From sequence record NC_054924.1: a DNA stretch of 64,000 nucleotides; one strand, given 5' to 3'. The stretch comes from Escherichia phage vB_EcoM_Lutter. Below are positions 10,156 to 20,339 of the stretch, piece after piece. Position numbers and translations under genes: made by a program. Position 1 is the first letter of the stretch. Every line of letters starts with the position of its first letter. The notes under the pieces were generated by a model. The model was given only the letters and a program-made list of their open reading frames with translations. It was not told the origin of the DNA and made no database searches.

Positions 10156-10463
10156 CGTAAATTCCCTGCAATTGGAATACTAACAATACGCCCAGTATCT
10201 AGAATTCGCTGATATAATCTTTGTGTGTCTACATCAGGCTTAACATGTTTAACTTCTATTTTATTAAACCAAAATTTACGTGGAGTCTCAACTAATCTTG
10301 GAATTCCCTTGCCTAAAGCTAGTTGATACTGCTCTTTAAGAGTGGTAAATACTTTGTCAGCAATATTCCATTCAAAAAATACAGCAGGACGATGTTCATC
10401 AAGCGGAACTGGCGCCGTAAATCCGTCTTTGTCTCGGTAAACTATCGCATATACATAAACCAT
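10152..10463 (-). CDS. hypothetical protein (dda.1 position)
   Basis: 103-aa ORF, start/stop overlap with dda. Confidence 0.45.
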   Translation of the reverse strand: MVYVYAIVYRDKDGFTAPVPLDEHRPAVFFEWNIADKVFTTLKEQYQLALGKGIPRLVETPRKFWFNKIEVKHVKPDVDTQRLYQRILDTGRIVSIPIAGNLR

Positions 10464-10464
10464 A

Positions 10465-11211
10465 TTATCCTCGGATAAGTTTAAAAATTGAACAATTTAG
10501 CGGATATCCTCTTTTCAGTTTAAGTTTATCAATAAAAGACAAGTTTTGATACCGCTCTACACCTTGAATAATTTTATCACACATATCATATTGCATTTCT
10601 GCTTCTGACAACTTTTTCACAGTTTTCCAATCCGAGCCTTTAAGAAGAACGTTCAATTTAACAACTTCAGCGCCTTCTGCTATACGAGAACCATCAATAC
10701 GAGCTTTAAGTGCTATAATCGTTAGCTTAACGTCAGAAGTTTGTTTTGATTTAGAAAGCTGAGAAATGTGTTCAATTCGGTTTTCACGTTTTTTCTGTAT
10801 AGCTTTAATTTGATTATAGGTCTTTTTGATTTTAGCCCATTTCTTTTCATCTAAATTTAGTTTATGAACTTTTTTCGCAGATGAACGACCAATTCGCAAA
10901 GCAAATAAATCACGCTTTTCAATCAACTCTTCTAAAGTATAATCAGAACGAAATGTATTATACTTTTTCTTTACTGCAATAACATTCCCTTTAATGTATC
11001 CAACGTTATTATCAAAACGTTCTAATGATAATTTCTCTCCTTCAATACGATTATCAAAAGGTTCTCCCGAGTAAGCACAAACTTTTTGATCTAAAATGTT
11101 CTTAATGTAATTGAAGTCTAAGTTAAAATCTTTAGAACGTCTTTTTGCAGATGCCTGAGTATGCTCTAAGCGACGTTTAATTTTACGAATTTGATTATTA
11201 GACAGTTTCAT
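10465..11211 (-). CDS. srd: Srd-like protein
   Basis: 248-aa basic ORF between dda and modA; assigned by size and synteny. Confidence 0.5.
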   Translation of the reverse strand: MKLSNNQIRKIKRRLEHTQASAKRRSKDFNLDFNYIKNILDQKVCAYSGEPFDNRIEGEKLSLERFDNNVGYIKGNVIAVKKKYNTFRSDYTLEELIEKRDLFALRIGRSSAKKVHKLNLDEKKWAKIKKTYNQIKAIQKKRENRIEHISQLSKSKQTSDVKLTIIALKARIDGSRIAEGAEVVKLNVLLKGSDWKTVKKLSEAEMQYDMCDKIIQGVERYQNLSFIDKLKLKRGYPLNCSIFKLIRG

Positions 11212-11289
11212 ATTTTTCTCACATCTTACGGACGGTTGACTACTTATACTATAACATTTTTACTTTAACTTGTAAACAACTTTATGTAA

Positions 11290-11317
11290 AAATGCTTTAA
11301 AACTTTCGTGGTATAAT
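11290..11317 (+). promoter_or_regulatory. Plus-strand MotA box (TGCTTTA) with extended -10 (TGgTATAAT), antisense orientation
   Basis: aaTGCTTTA, 13 nt, TATAAT preceded by TGG, all on the plus strand; faces into minus-strand modA. Confidence 0.35.
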
Positions 11318-11334
11318 GAATCTAAGTCCTTCCA

Positions 11335-11937
11335 TTATAGATTAAATCCTTCAAAATCAAGAGTATAGATAGTGTATGTTGAATACTTTTTGTACTCATA
11401 TCTATCTGCAATTCTAAATACACTTCCAGCTGGTATCATTACTTCTTGTTCATCTGAAACTAATTCCATATTACGATAACGATGACTATCCGGAAACTTA
11501 AAGTTTGGATTGTATTCTTTACAGCGTAGAGCTTTTATAGCATACTCCTGGAAATTGAATACCATAGGAGCTTTGAATTCAAAAATAACTTGTGTGTTAT
11601 ACTCTAAACCGGAAGCAAAATGTAGAGCTATATTTTTATCATATGAAGCTGATACTACTTTATCAAATGTAATAATATCAATTCCTTGATTTAACACCTG
11701 CTTAGTCTCAGCTGGAACACCTCTCCAAAGAGGTTTATCGTTTGGAACCAAACGAGATTTGATTATTTCATTTAACCAAGTATGGTCATCTGGCTTATTA
11801 GTAATACAATGAATTAAAAGTTCAATTTCAGATAAATTAAACCCTTCAGAAAGTAATTCTTCACGAATAGAAGCACGCACCGATGCATCCATTGATTTTA
11901 TTTTAAAATCTTTTAGTTGCATTACTGAGTATTTCAT
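11335..11937 (-). CDS. modA: ADP-ribosyltransferase ModA
   Basis: 200-aa ORF with R / S-x-S / E-x-E ART motifs (LWRGV, SASYD, EQEVMIP). Confidence 0.8.
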   Translation of the reverse strand: MKYSVMQLKDFKIKSMDASVRASIREELLSEGFNLSEIELLIHCITNKPDDHTWLNEIIKSRLVPNDKPLWRGVPAETKQVLNQGIDIITFDKVVSASYDKNIALHFASGLEYNTQVIFEFKAPMVFNFQEYAIKALRCKEYNPNFKFPDSHRYRNMELVSDEQEVMIPAGSVFRIADRYEYKKYSTYTIYTLDFEGFNL

Positions 11938-12557
11938 TCAACTACCTCAATATCATAAACTTTAAATGTTCCAAATGAATCGTGTAATTTTTCTTTTGAA
12001 ATAGAAGTTATTCTATACTTTCCAATTGGAATCATCCATTCTTGTTCACGCACAATCATCATTAAGTTATCAGTACGCTCTGAATCTAGCCCATCAGTAT
12101 CTTCATACGTGTACTTAAACTCAGTATTAGGAGAAGAAAGTATAATATCGCTGATATGGTCAGAATAATTAAAAGCTTTATCAGTTTTTAAGCGAAATAT
12201 TATTTCAGTGAAATACTCAACATAAGAAAAACCACATGCTGTGTGCAAACTAGTAGTAAATGAATCTACCCTATTCGTTGAAAACACTTCTCCAACTTGT
12301 AAATCTTTAATGAGTTCTTTTGTCGATTTTGATATACCACGATATAACTGATAAGGTGATTTAGTTAAATGCTTTTTAACGATTTTATTCAACTGCCGAT
12401 GAAGAGCTTCATTCTTTTTAGCTTCCATACATTGCCAAAGAATTGACTGCTCAAAGTCAGTAAATTTTTCACAGACCTTTTTATACATATCATATTGAAA
12501 ATCAACGCTTTCAGCTTTTATAGATAACTGTTCAACATCTGCAAGATTAATAATCAT
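11934..12557 (-). CDS. modB: ADP-ribosyltransferase ModB
   Basis: 207-aa paralog of ModA with the same ART motifs (LYRGI, STN, EQEWMIP). Confidence 0.8.
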   Translation of the reverse strand: MIINLADVEQLSIKAESVDFQYDMYKKVCEKFTDFEQSILWQCMEAKKNEALHRQLNKIVKKHLTKSPYQLYRGISKSTKELIKDLQVGEVFSTNRVDSFTTSLHTACGFSYVEYFTEIIFRLKTDKAFNYSDHISDIILSSPNTEFKYTYEDTDGLDSERTDNLMMIVREQEWMIPIGKYRITSISKEKLHDSFGTFKVYDIEVVE

Positions 12558-12583
12558 GATAGCCTCCGTATACTTCAGAAGCT

Positions 12584-12615
12584 ATCATATCATCATTAGA
12601 AAGGAAAGTAAACAA
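12584..12615 (-). promoter_or_regulatory. early promoter candidate
   Basis: GTTTAC at the right distance from an AT-rich -10-like element upstream of modB. Confidence 0.35.
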
Positions 12616-12624
12616 CTTTTTGAA

Positions 12625-12807
12625 TTATTTTGCCCAGGGAGCCCAGGGCGGAGGGTCAAGATGGTATGAAGCTAGTTCTTCTAGAAGAGCATCTGGGGCT
12701 TCAATTCCATAATTCTGTAATACTATACGGTACTCTTTCTTATAATCACTAGAATCATTCCGGATATTCGTAGAATGATTATCTTCTAACATCTCAAATA
12801 AATCCAT
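12625..12807 (-). CDS. hypothetical protein
   Basis: 60-aa ORF. Confidence 0.35.
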   Translation of the reverse strand: MDLFEMLEDNHSTNIRNDSSDYKKEYRIVLQNYGIEAPDALLEELASYHLDPPPWAPWAK

Positions 12808-12815
12808 ATTAATTC

Positions 12816-13298
12816 CTAGCGATAAAAACCAAAATAACGATTAGCTTCAATAATCTTTCTTTCTTCTTCGGACATTCTCCAACGTAGTCCAACATCAAAA
12901 TGAGCCCAGACCATCCTAACAAATGCATTTATATCTTTAATATCTTCAATAATGAATGTTTTACTTTTAGAAGATTGACCTGCTAAATTAAGTGCTAATT
13001 TAACTTTATCGTCTTCAAACAGGTCAAAAAGACCATATTCATGAGCTCTTTTATAGCCTTTAATAGTTAAAGCTTCAGAAGAAGAAAACGGTGAATCAGT
13101 ATTCTGCAAAATATCTTCAGTATGCTTTATAATTAGAATAACATTTTCTGGATATTTTCTTTCTTTTATATCTTTAATTAAAATATCCGGATTTTCTGCT
13201 AAAGGAATAATTAATGAGCACTTTTTATCAAGTGTATTTACTGATTTACCTTCTTTAGACATAAATTCTATTGAATAATGTTTTGCTACTTCAATCAT
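12816..13298 (-). CDS. hypothetical protein
   Basis: 160-aa ORF. Confidence 0.5.
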   Translation of the reverse strand: MIEVAKHYSIEFMSKEGKSVNTLDKKCSLIIPLAENPDILIKDIKERKYPENVILIIKHTEDILQNTDSPFSSSEALTIKGYKRAHEYGLFDLFEDDKVKLALNLAGQSSKSKTFIIEDIKDINAFVRMVWAHFDVGLRWRMSEEERKIIEANRYFGFYR

Positions 13299-13443
13299 GC
13301 GATTTCCTTTTGCCTACTAATGGACCATCAGGAATTTTGTTTTCCTGGATATATTTCTCATTTTCTTCCATCATTTTACTGCCAATTTTAAGAAGCAAAT
13401 TTAAAGCTTCATTTGCTTTAGCTTTAGCCTCTTCTAGCGTCAT
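13291..13443 (-). CDS. hypothetical small protein (50 aa)
   Basis: ORF below cutoff; ATGA-type overlap with the downstream gene. Confidence 0.3.
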   Translation of the reverse strand: MTLEEAKAKANEALNLLLKIGSKMMEENEKYIQENKIPDGPLVGKRKSHD

Positions 13444-13451
13444 ATCTCTGT

Positions 13452-13655
13452 TCACGATTTATCCCCATAAATGTCTCTCATCAATTTAAGCGCTGAGCGT
13501 TCTAATTTCTTTTCTTTCTCAACGCTAATCATTGATTTCATCCATTCTTCTGATTCGTTCTGCATTTCTTTATTTGCTTGTTCAACCCAACCATCATCAA
13601 TGTACATTGAGTTTGGTCTACTGAACCATTCAAACATTTTCTTCAGAACTTTCAT
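13452..13655 (-). CDS. hypothetical protein
   Basis: 67-aa ORF. Confidence 0.4.
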   Translation of the reverse strand: MKVLKKMFEWFSRPNSMYIDDGWVEQANKEMQNESEEWMKSMISVEKEKKLERSALKLMRDIYGDKS

Positions 13656-14127
13656 TTGTTTTACCTAAAACAACAGTAGGAGCATCATCGAATTCATGAA
13701 TTTTTAGCAAATTTGGATGTAAACTATTCCATATAGAAGAAATAAAGTATGATAAAGCATCTTCACTCACAATTATAAATTTATTTCCTTTATCTATTTT
13801 CCAACTATATACTGAATCATACGAATAGAAAGATATAGGTTTATCATTATATTGTTCTGCGCTAACATTAATGTATTCGGATTTAGTAAATGCTTCAATT
13901 GCTCTAAACGGAATATTTGGTACAGTTTCAATAATACCAATCTTTTTAAGTTTTATTTCAGCATCTTCTGGAACTGGCATTGAAACGAAATTTTCTACGA
14001 GATACATTGGGTCACAATAACCCTTATCAATCATTACTGCTACAGTAATTGGAACGTCTTTAGCAAACGACATACTATTACTGCTAATATACATTTCAAA
14101 CAAAATCGCTTCCATAATTTTCCTCAA
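13630..14127 (-). CDS. hypothetical protein
   Basis: 165-aa ORF. Confidence 0.5.
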   Translation of the reverse strand: MRKIMEAILFEMYISSNSMSFAKDVPITVAVMIDKGYCDPMYLVENFVSMPVPEDAEIKLKKIGIIETVPNIPFRAIEAFTKSEYINVSAEQYNDKPISFYSYDSVYSWKIDKGNKFIIVSEDALSYFISSIWNSLHPNLLKIHEFDDAPTVVLGKTNESSEENV

Positions 14128-14465
14128 TCACAAGATGTAGATGAACAACTAGAATCACAAGAACTTCCACACGAATCGCCCGTCCATACATGAACAGGAA
14201 CATTAGTGTCATATGAATCAGAACTAGACTGTGTATTCTGTGTATTAGATGATGTAATAGGTGTTGACCAGCGCCAAGGATTTTTATAATATTCTTGGGC
14301 TTCTTCATAAGTCATAGTAACTGCTTCTACTGTTCCATCTCCCATATAAACATATTCAACTACAGTTAAAGGAAGGTAGTCATTTGAAATAGGAACTACA
14401 CCTTCTCCAGGAGTTGTAGAGAAAAAATCTGTAAAGAAGCTTTTAAACCAATTAAAGATAAACAT
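14124..14465 (-). CDS. hypothetical protein with Cys/Ser-rich C-terminus
   Basis: 113-aa ORF ending [18 protein letters not shown]. Confidence 0.5.
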   Translation of the reverse strand: MFIFNWFKSFFTDFFSTTPGEGVVPISNDYLPLTVVEYVYMGDGTVEAVTMTYEEAQEYYKNPWRWSTPITSSNTQNTQSSSDSYDTNVPVHVWTGDSCGSSCDSSCSSTSCD

Positions 14466-14671
14466 TACAAAAAGCCTCTCTTGAATTCGACTTGCTTCTC
14501 GCCATAATCATATCGAATTTCTGCATTAAATTCGACAGAACCATCTGCGTACATCATAAATGAATGCACAACAACTTCTGTAGACCATGGCTGCAGTTCA
14601 TATTTCTTCATTACATGCCGTGAAATGATAATATCTAAATCTTCATTTGGTTTAATCCAACGATTTAACAT
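14465..14671 (-). CDS. hypothetical protein
   Basis: 68-aa ORF. Confidence 0.45.
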   Translation of the reverse strand: MLNRWIKPNEDLDIIISRHVMKKYELQPWSTEVVVHSFMMYADGSVEFNAEIRYDYGEKQVEFKRGFL

Positions 14672-14695
14672 AGTGCTCTCCTCTATAAGATAATT

Positions 14696-14729
14696 CTATT
14701 ATACCATACTCATTTTGGAAAGTAAACCA
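14696..14729 (-). promoter_or_regulatory. T4-type early promoter
   Basis: GTTTAC, 17 nt, GTATAAT on minus strand just downstream of the soc terminator hairpin. Confidence 0.55.
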
Positions 14730-14741
14730 GTAAAATGAAAA

Positions 14742-14763
14742 AAGGACTCCCGGAGGAGTCCTT
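14742..14763 (-). terminator. rho-independent terminator after soc
   Basis: GGACTCC-CGGA-GGAGTCC stem-loop followed by a U-rich tract in the minus-strand RNA, right after the soc stop. Confidence 0.6.
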
Positions 14764-14767
14764 GAAA

Positions 14768-15013
14768 TTATTCACCAGTTACTTTCCACAAATCTTCGTT
14801 TGCAGTAATCCAGTCAGTACGTTGATTTTCTTCATATACTGTAGAATATGCTGCTTTTTCTGAAGGGAATATTTGATAATGAGCTCCAGAAATTTTGTGA
14901 ACGTCAGAATAAAGAGGGAAAGCTACTGAAATTTCCTTTCCTTCAATTTTCTTATTTCCATCTAATTTCTGCTCAAATGTTTTGATATTAACATAACCGC
15001 GAGTACTAGCCAT
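14768..15013 (-). CDS. soc: small outer capsid protein Soc
   Basis: 81-aa ORF matching T4 Soc (MASTRGYVNIKTFEQK...), preceded by a late promoter. Confidence 0.9.
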   Translation of the reverse strand: MASTRGYVNIKTFEQKLDGNKKIEGKEISVAFPLYSDVHKISGAHYQIFPSEKAAYSTVYEENQRTDWITANEDLWKVTGE

Positions 15014-15044
15014 GTAATTCTCCTTTTTATTTAAATTACATGAT

Positions 15045-15052
15045 TATTTATA
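15045..15052 (-). promoter_or_regulatory. T4 late promoter TATAAATA
   Basis: Exact TATAAATA on minus strand about 30 nt upstream of the soc ATG. Confidence 0.65.
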
Positions 15053-15081
15053 ATAAATTCTCGCGGCTTTAAGACAAGCTG

Positions 15082-15600
15082 TTAATAACCTCGGTCTTGA
15101 CGAGCAAAGTTTTCAGCATTTTTCAGATAATAAAGTTTAAAGATTTCTTCAGCCGTAAGACCGAGACCTTGGAACATGTTCAGAACGAAATGAAGAATAT
15201 CAATCATTTCGAATTTAATTTCCAACTGGTCTTGTGGAGACAAATCAGTAATCAGAGTTTCACGACGTTCACCATGTTGAGCTTTCCAAGGCTTCCATAC
15301 AGCAGATGCATCTTTTTCGCCATTGCTCATACCACCGAGAGAAGTCAGAAGTTCGCGGAATTCATCATCAATATAATCTTTCTGATTGCGCAGCCAATCA
15401 ACAACTTCACCTGCAGTAGCCAAATCATCAGGATGACGGTTATATTCAGGTTTATCTTTAGCTAAACGAACCTGCAAAGATTTCTGCATATCAAGCATAA
15501 CCTGCAGCGGGTCTTTTTCATCACCGAGAATATCCCAGTATTCATTTTGAGCTTTATCAGCACCTTCGATCAGTTGTGAACATTCATTAAAATATGCCAT
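15082..15600 (-). CDS. 56: dCTP pyrophosphatase (MazG-like)
   Basis: Start placed at MAYFNECSQLIEG (ATG 15600) with SD; matches T4 gp56. Confidence 0.85.
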   Translation of the reverse strand: MAYFNECSQLIEGADKAQNEYWDILGDEKDPLQVMLDMQKSLQVRLAKDKPEYNRHPDDLATAGEVVDWLRNQKDYIDDEFRELLTSLGGMSNGEKDASAVWKPWKAQHGERRETLITDLSPQDQLEIKFEMIDILHFVLNMFQGLGLTAEEIFKLYYLKNAENFARQDRGY

Positions 15601-15660
15601 TATTTTTCCTTTCAATTCATCAATAAGTTAAATAATTATATCATTTGAATATGTAAGCAA

Positions 15661-17000
<1,340 letters not shown>

Positions 17001-17023
17001 TATATCATCCTCAGCAATTTATT

Positions 17024-17056
17024 TTATAATACCATAACAAGCTGAGAAAGTAAACA
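17024..17056 (-). promoter_or_regulatory. T4-type early promoter
   Basis: GTTTAC, 17 nt, GTATTATAA on minus strand. Confidence 0.55.
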
Positions 17057-17099
17057 AATTTATGAAATTTGTGATAAATATTAATTTAAAGGAGGACAT

Positions 17100-17300
17100 A
17101 TGGTACAAAAATTAATGGCACTTGTTAATGCCATAAAAGGTAATAAAAAACGTATAGCTTTTACTATTTCTGCTATGGTAGGAATTTTACTCTGGAACTT
17201 TATTTTATCACCAATTGCAATTGCGCATGGTGTTAATATTCCAGTAGTTACTCTTGATACATTCGTAGATCTAGCATTTGCTTTAGTTGGGTTAATTTAA
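17100..17300 (+). CDS. small hydrophobic membrane protein candidate (66 aa), plus strand
   Basis: Only plus-strand ORF in an otherwise ORF-free 300-bp interval; AAAGGAGG SD 4 nt before ATG; two predicted TM helices; late-promoter-like GATAAATA upstream. Confidence 0.3.
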   Translation: MVQKLMALVNAIKGNKKRIAFTISAMVGILLWNFILSPIAIAHGVNIPVVTLDTFVDLAFALVGLI

Positions 17301-18325
17301 ATCTTGGCATATTTAGATAGCCGCATTTTAGCCATCAACCCCTGGGCAATATTATTTTTCATATATTCCATAATTTGTTCAGGGGTTGCACCTTCCTTTC
17401 TAATCATATCATTAACATCTTTTGATTTCCAGGGAGATTTATCCCAAAACATAACCCTTTCTCCTGCATCAACTAATTTAGTCATTCGTTTAATAGTGTC
17501 AGGGTGACGAGGTTCATTATCTAAAACCCACACTCGTCTATCTTTAAATGGAACAACTTCTAGGTCTAATTGACCACCCGTAATAGCTATACCATTTTCA
17601 ATAAAAAGTGAATCTATAGGTCCTTCTAGAACATATACATCACCATCTTTAACTCGTTCGACTCCATAGATTTTTGTTGCTTCAGGATAAGCTTTGATGG
17701 TGATATATTTTTGAGGAGCATCTTTCTTTAATGCACGTCCTTGAAACGACTCAGCTTTTCCATTAGCATTATAAATTGGAATAACAAGACGAGGCTCAGA
17801 AATTTCCTTTTTATATGTTCCCGGTGCTATGCTATTAACCAATTTAGGCCATTCGGTTGTAAACCAAAGATATTTCCATTTATCCTTTGGAATACAACGA
17901 GCTTTTACATATTTTATAATTGGATGGTCTTCCGCCAGTTTATCTAATCTAACACATGACGGAAGAGATTTAATTATTTTCTTCTCAGGTTGTTTAGGAA
18001 GTTCTTTAGGTTTTTCTACTGGACGACTTTTACCTTTTTCTTTTCTTATTTCAAAAATATACTCACGATATAAATCGGGTTCAAACTCCTTTAAATATAT
18101 TCCGATTGGTGCATGATAGTTACAGTTATAACAATGAATATTTCCTTCATTATTATCGCCATAATACCATCCACGGGCTTTATTTTGGTCGGTTTTTGAA
18201 TCTCCACAAACAGGGCATCTAAACCGCAATTTAAAAGTTGAACTATTATTTACTTGTGTGAATTTAGGTAAATGAGCTAATGCACGGTATGCAAACTCAT
18301 TATCAATCCAAGGTATTGATGACAT
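17297..18325 (-). CDS. 61: DNA primase
   Basis: 342-aa ORF with zinc-ribbon (CPVCGD...CYNC) and TOPRIM-like region; T4 gp61 length. Confidence 0.9.
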   Translation of the reverse strand: MSSIPWIDNEFAYRALAHLPKFTQVNNSSTFKLRFRCPVCGDSKTDQNKARGWYYGDNNEGNIHCYNCNYHAPIGIYLKEFEPDLYREYIFEIRKEKGKSRPVEKPKELPKQPEKKIIKSLPSCVRLDKLAEDHPIIKYVKARCIPKDKWKYLWFTTEWPKLVNSIAPGTYKKEISEPRLVIPIYNANGKAESFQGRALKKDAPQKYITIKAYPEATKIYGVERVKDGDVYVLEGPIDSLFIENGIAITGGQLDLEVVPFKDRRVWVLDNEPRHPDTIKRMTKLVDAGERVMFWDKSPWKSKDVNDMIRKEGATPEQIMEYMKNNIAQGLMAKMRLSKYAKI

Positions 18326-18327
18326 TT

Positions 18328-18492
18328 TTACTCTTCTTTTTCTTTAGATTCCTCTTTCTTCTTTTTAGGAATCTGTTCAGGACCTTTATTTACTACAGCA
18401 CCTGACGTTGTTCCAGTAGAGATATTTTCAGGATTACCACCTGAATCTCCAGCGACCATATCTTCTTTAATAAATTCTTTATATGTTTTCAT
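18328..18492 (-). CDS. hypothetical small protein (61.1 position, 54 aa)
   Basis: ORF below cutoff (MKTYKEFIKEDMVAGDSGG...), fills the gap upstream of 61. Confidence 0.45.
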   Translation of the reverse strand: MKTYKEFIKEDMVAGDSGGNPENISTGTTSGAVVNKGPEQIPKKKKEESKEKEE

Positions 18493-18493
18493 A

Positions 18494-18850
18494 TTAACCT
18501 CTATTCATAAAAGCATTAAAAATTTGGTCATCAATAGATGGTGCAGTAATATTTTCTGCATCATTTAGCAAATCATTAATTTCATCAGATAGCATAACAC
18601 ATGTACCTTTATTTCCTGTAATTGTTACTGCACAATTACGAACGTTTTCTTTATCAAATTTTAGGTTAATATTTTCGTAGTGAAAATCCTTTAATGCCGA
18701 ATATATCTTTAAAATGAAATTGTCTTTTACTACAATAAACCCAACCTCACTATTAAAACGCGGTTCATGGAAACTGTAATAAACCTTTTCATCTATAAAA
18801 TCGTATGAAATTTTTTCCATTTTTAAATATGAAAATTCAGAACTATACAT
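18494..18850 (-). CDS. single-domain paralog of the 61.2-position protein
   Basis: 118-aa ORF; last 14 codons plus the stop/start junction nearly identical at DNA level to the end of the 18852..19484 gene. Confidence 0.55.
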   Translation of the reverse strand: MYSSEFSYLKMEKISYDFIDEKVYYSFHEPRFNSEVGFIVVKDNFILKIYSALKDFHYENINLKFDKENVRNCAVTITGNKGTCVMLSDEINDLLNDAENITAPSIDDQIFNAFMNRG

Positions 18851-18851
18851 A

Positions 18852-19484
18852 TTAACCTTTATTCATAAAAGCATTAAAAATTTGATCGTCAATAGAAACT
18901 TTTACTTTAGGCTGTTCTTCAAACGGTAATTCATATCCACATATTACAATTTTGTGATCGATACCAAAATACACAGAAGCAATATTATTAATATTATTTT
19001 CAGTGAAATCTAAATCAACATCAATATCTTTTTGACTAACGCTCAAAGGATAATTAATACGAATAATTCGATTATCTTTAACAAAGATTCCACCGACATA
19101 CTCTGTGCTGCGTTTAAAGTTTACACGTTTCCTAAATGAAAAATATTCAGGTTCTTTATGGGCTCGACTCATAGGGCTTAAAGTGTATTCCGAATATGAA
19201 ATATCAAATCCTACACCTTCAATATGAGCCAAAGTATCATGATTAAACCAATTATAATCGTATGCCAAATCCATTAAATTGTAATATGTGAAAGGCACCG
19301 GATTAACATCATATGTTGTACCTTTAAAATCTGCCCAGGCAACGATTTCGTTATCTTTAACAATTACAAAAATTGTGCCAATAAGATATCTACGGTTATT
19401 TTCATCAGGTGTTATATTATAACATTGTGCATCAGGAAATTTACCGTATTTAAACGGTGGATTTTTGTGCATATAATAAATCAT
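18852..19484 (-). CDS. two-domain protein (61.2 position)
   Basis: 210-aa ORF with two internal repeats of a VKDN-containing domain. Confidence 0.55.
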   Translation of the reverse strand: MIYYMHKNPPFKYGKFPDAQCYNITPDENNRRYLIGTIFVIVKDNEIVAWADFKGTTYDVNPVPFTYYNLMDLAYDYNWFNHDTLAHIEGVGFDISYSEYTLSPMSRAHKEPEYFSFRKRVNFKRSTEYVGGIFVKDNRIIRINYPLSVSQKDIDVDLDFTENNINNIASVYFGIDHKIVICGYELPFEEQPKVKVSIDDQIFNAFMNKG

Positions 19485-19485
19485 A

Positions 19486-19779
19486 TTATTCGCCTGTGAT
19501 TTCGGTTACGATATTTTTGTTATTAAAGTTTTTATCGCAATACAGAACATAATTATACTGCATTACACCACCAGACTTAAGTTGTTTTTGCACTTCAGCT
19601 TTCATTTCAGGACGATCACGCTCAACGATATTCATAATATCTGCTTCAATTTGAGTTTCAACCTCAGTCTGATCTGCAGTCATAGACCATTCACACAAAT
19701 CTTTATCATAACCTGCCATAGCAGGCTGAGCAGCACAAGAAGCTAAAGCAAAAATTGTAGCAAAAATAAATTTTTTCAT
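19486..19779 (-). CDS. sp: spackle periplasmic protein (superinfection exclusion)
   Basis: 97-aa ORF with cleavable signal peptide; matches T4 Sp size and location. Confidence 0.75.
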   Translation of the reverse strand: MKKFIFATIFALASCAAQPAMAGYDKDLCEWSMTADQTEVETQIEADIMNIVERDRPEMKAEVQKQLKSGGVMQYNYVLYCDKNFNNKNIVTEITGE

Positions 19780-19837
19780 GATAATCTCCTCAGTAGTTTA
19801 TGTTTATAGTATCTCAATTTCCAACAAAAGTAAACAG

Positions 19838-20095
19838 CTATTTTAAAACTTCTGCATAATCACATGTTACAAACTGTTTCTCTAGCTTAACGATCTTACG
19901 AAAATACCTTTTACACTGACGAATCTGCCGCTTCGTAGGGCGAACAGCAAACTTAATAAATTCCACTCGACCAAATGGAGGACTTTCTTCTGCTGGAATA
20001 TCTAACACCAATTCCCACGTATCGGCAATAAGTGCTTTGAATTGCGTATTTTTCCTGACGTTATACGGAGTAGGTTTAAATAAAACAATATGCAT
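19838..20095 (-). CDS. hypothetical protein (61.4 position; possible TifA-type anti-toxin factor)
   Basis: 85 aa from internal ATG 20095 with GAGG SD; basic protein adjacent to dmd. Confidence 0.45.
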   Translation of the reverse strand: MHIVLFKPTPYNVRKNTQFKALIADTWELVLDIPAEESPPFGRVEFIKFAVRPTKRQIRQCKRYFRKIVKLEKQFVTCDYAEVLK

Positions 20096-20096
20096 A

Positions 20097-20279
20097 TTAT
20101 CCTCGGCAATCCACTTCACATACTTTCTTGTCATCAATGAAAGCTTTAACTAATGCTTTATTAACTTCAGCATACTGAGTAGTAGCCCATTGAACGTCAT
20201 CTTTCATCATTGTGATTTCTTTAGTAAACATGCTTTCATTCTTAAACCACCCCATAAAAACTACCTTTACCAATTCCAT
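20097..20279 (-). CDS. dmd: Dmd-like antitoxin (inhibitor of RnlA/LsoA toxins)
   Basis: 60-aa ORF between 61.4 and 41; size and position match T4 dmd. Confidence 0.65.
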   Translation of the reverse strand: MELVKVVFMGWFKNESMFTKEITMMKDDVQWATTQYAEVNKALVKAFIDDKKVCEVDCRG

Positions 20280-20308
20280 AACAATCTCCTCATTTAACCA
20301 ACAAGACT

Positions 20309-20339
20309 ACTATACCATAGTCTTGTCAGCTTGTAAACT
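20309..20339 (-). promoter_or_regulatory. T4-type early promoter with -10 inside a 9-bp inverted repeat
   Basis: GTTTAC, 17 nt, GTATAG; ACAAGACTA/TAGTCTTGT inverted repeat brackets the -10. Confidence 0.5.

Noticed and set aside
12640-12670. Short GC-rich patch with GCCCAGGG tandem-like repeat
   Set aside because: Lies in the coding sequence for PPPWAPWAK at the C-terminus of a small ORF; too short to call a repeat element
14096-14308. 70-aa His/Leu-rich ORF overlapping the 14124..14465 gene
   Set aside because: Out-of-frame overlap with a better-supported ORF; repetitive composition
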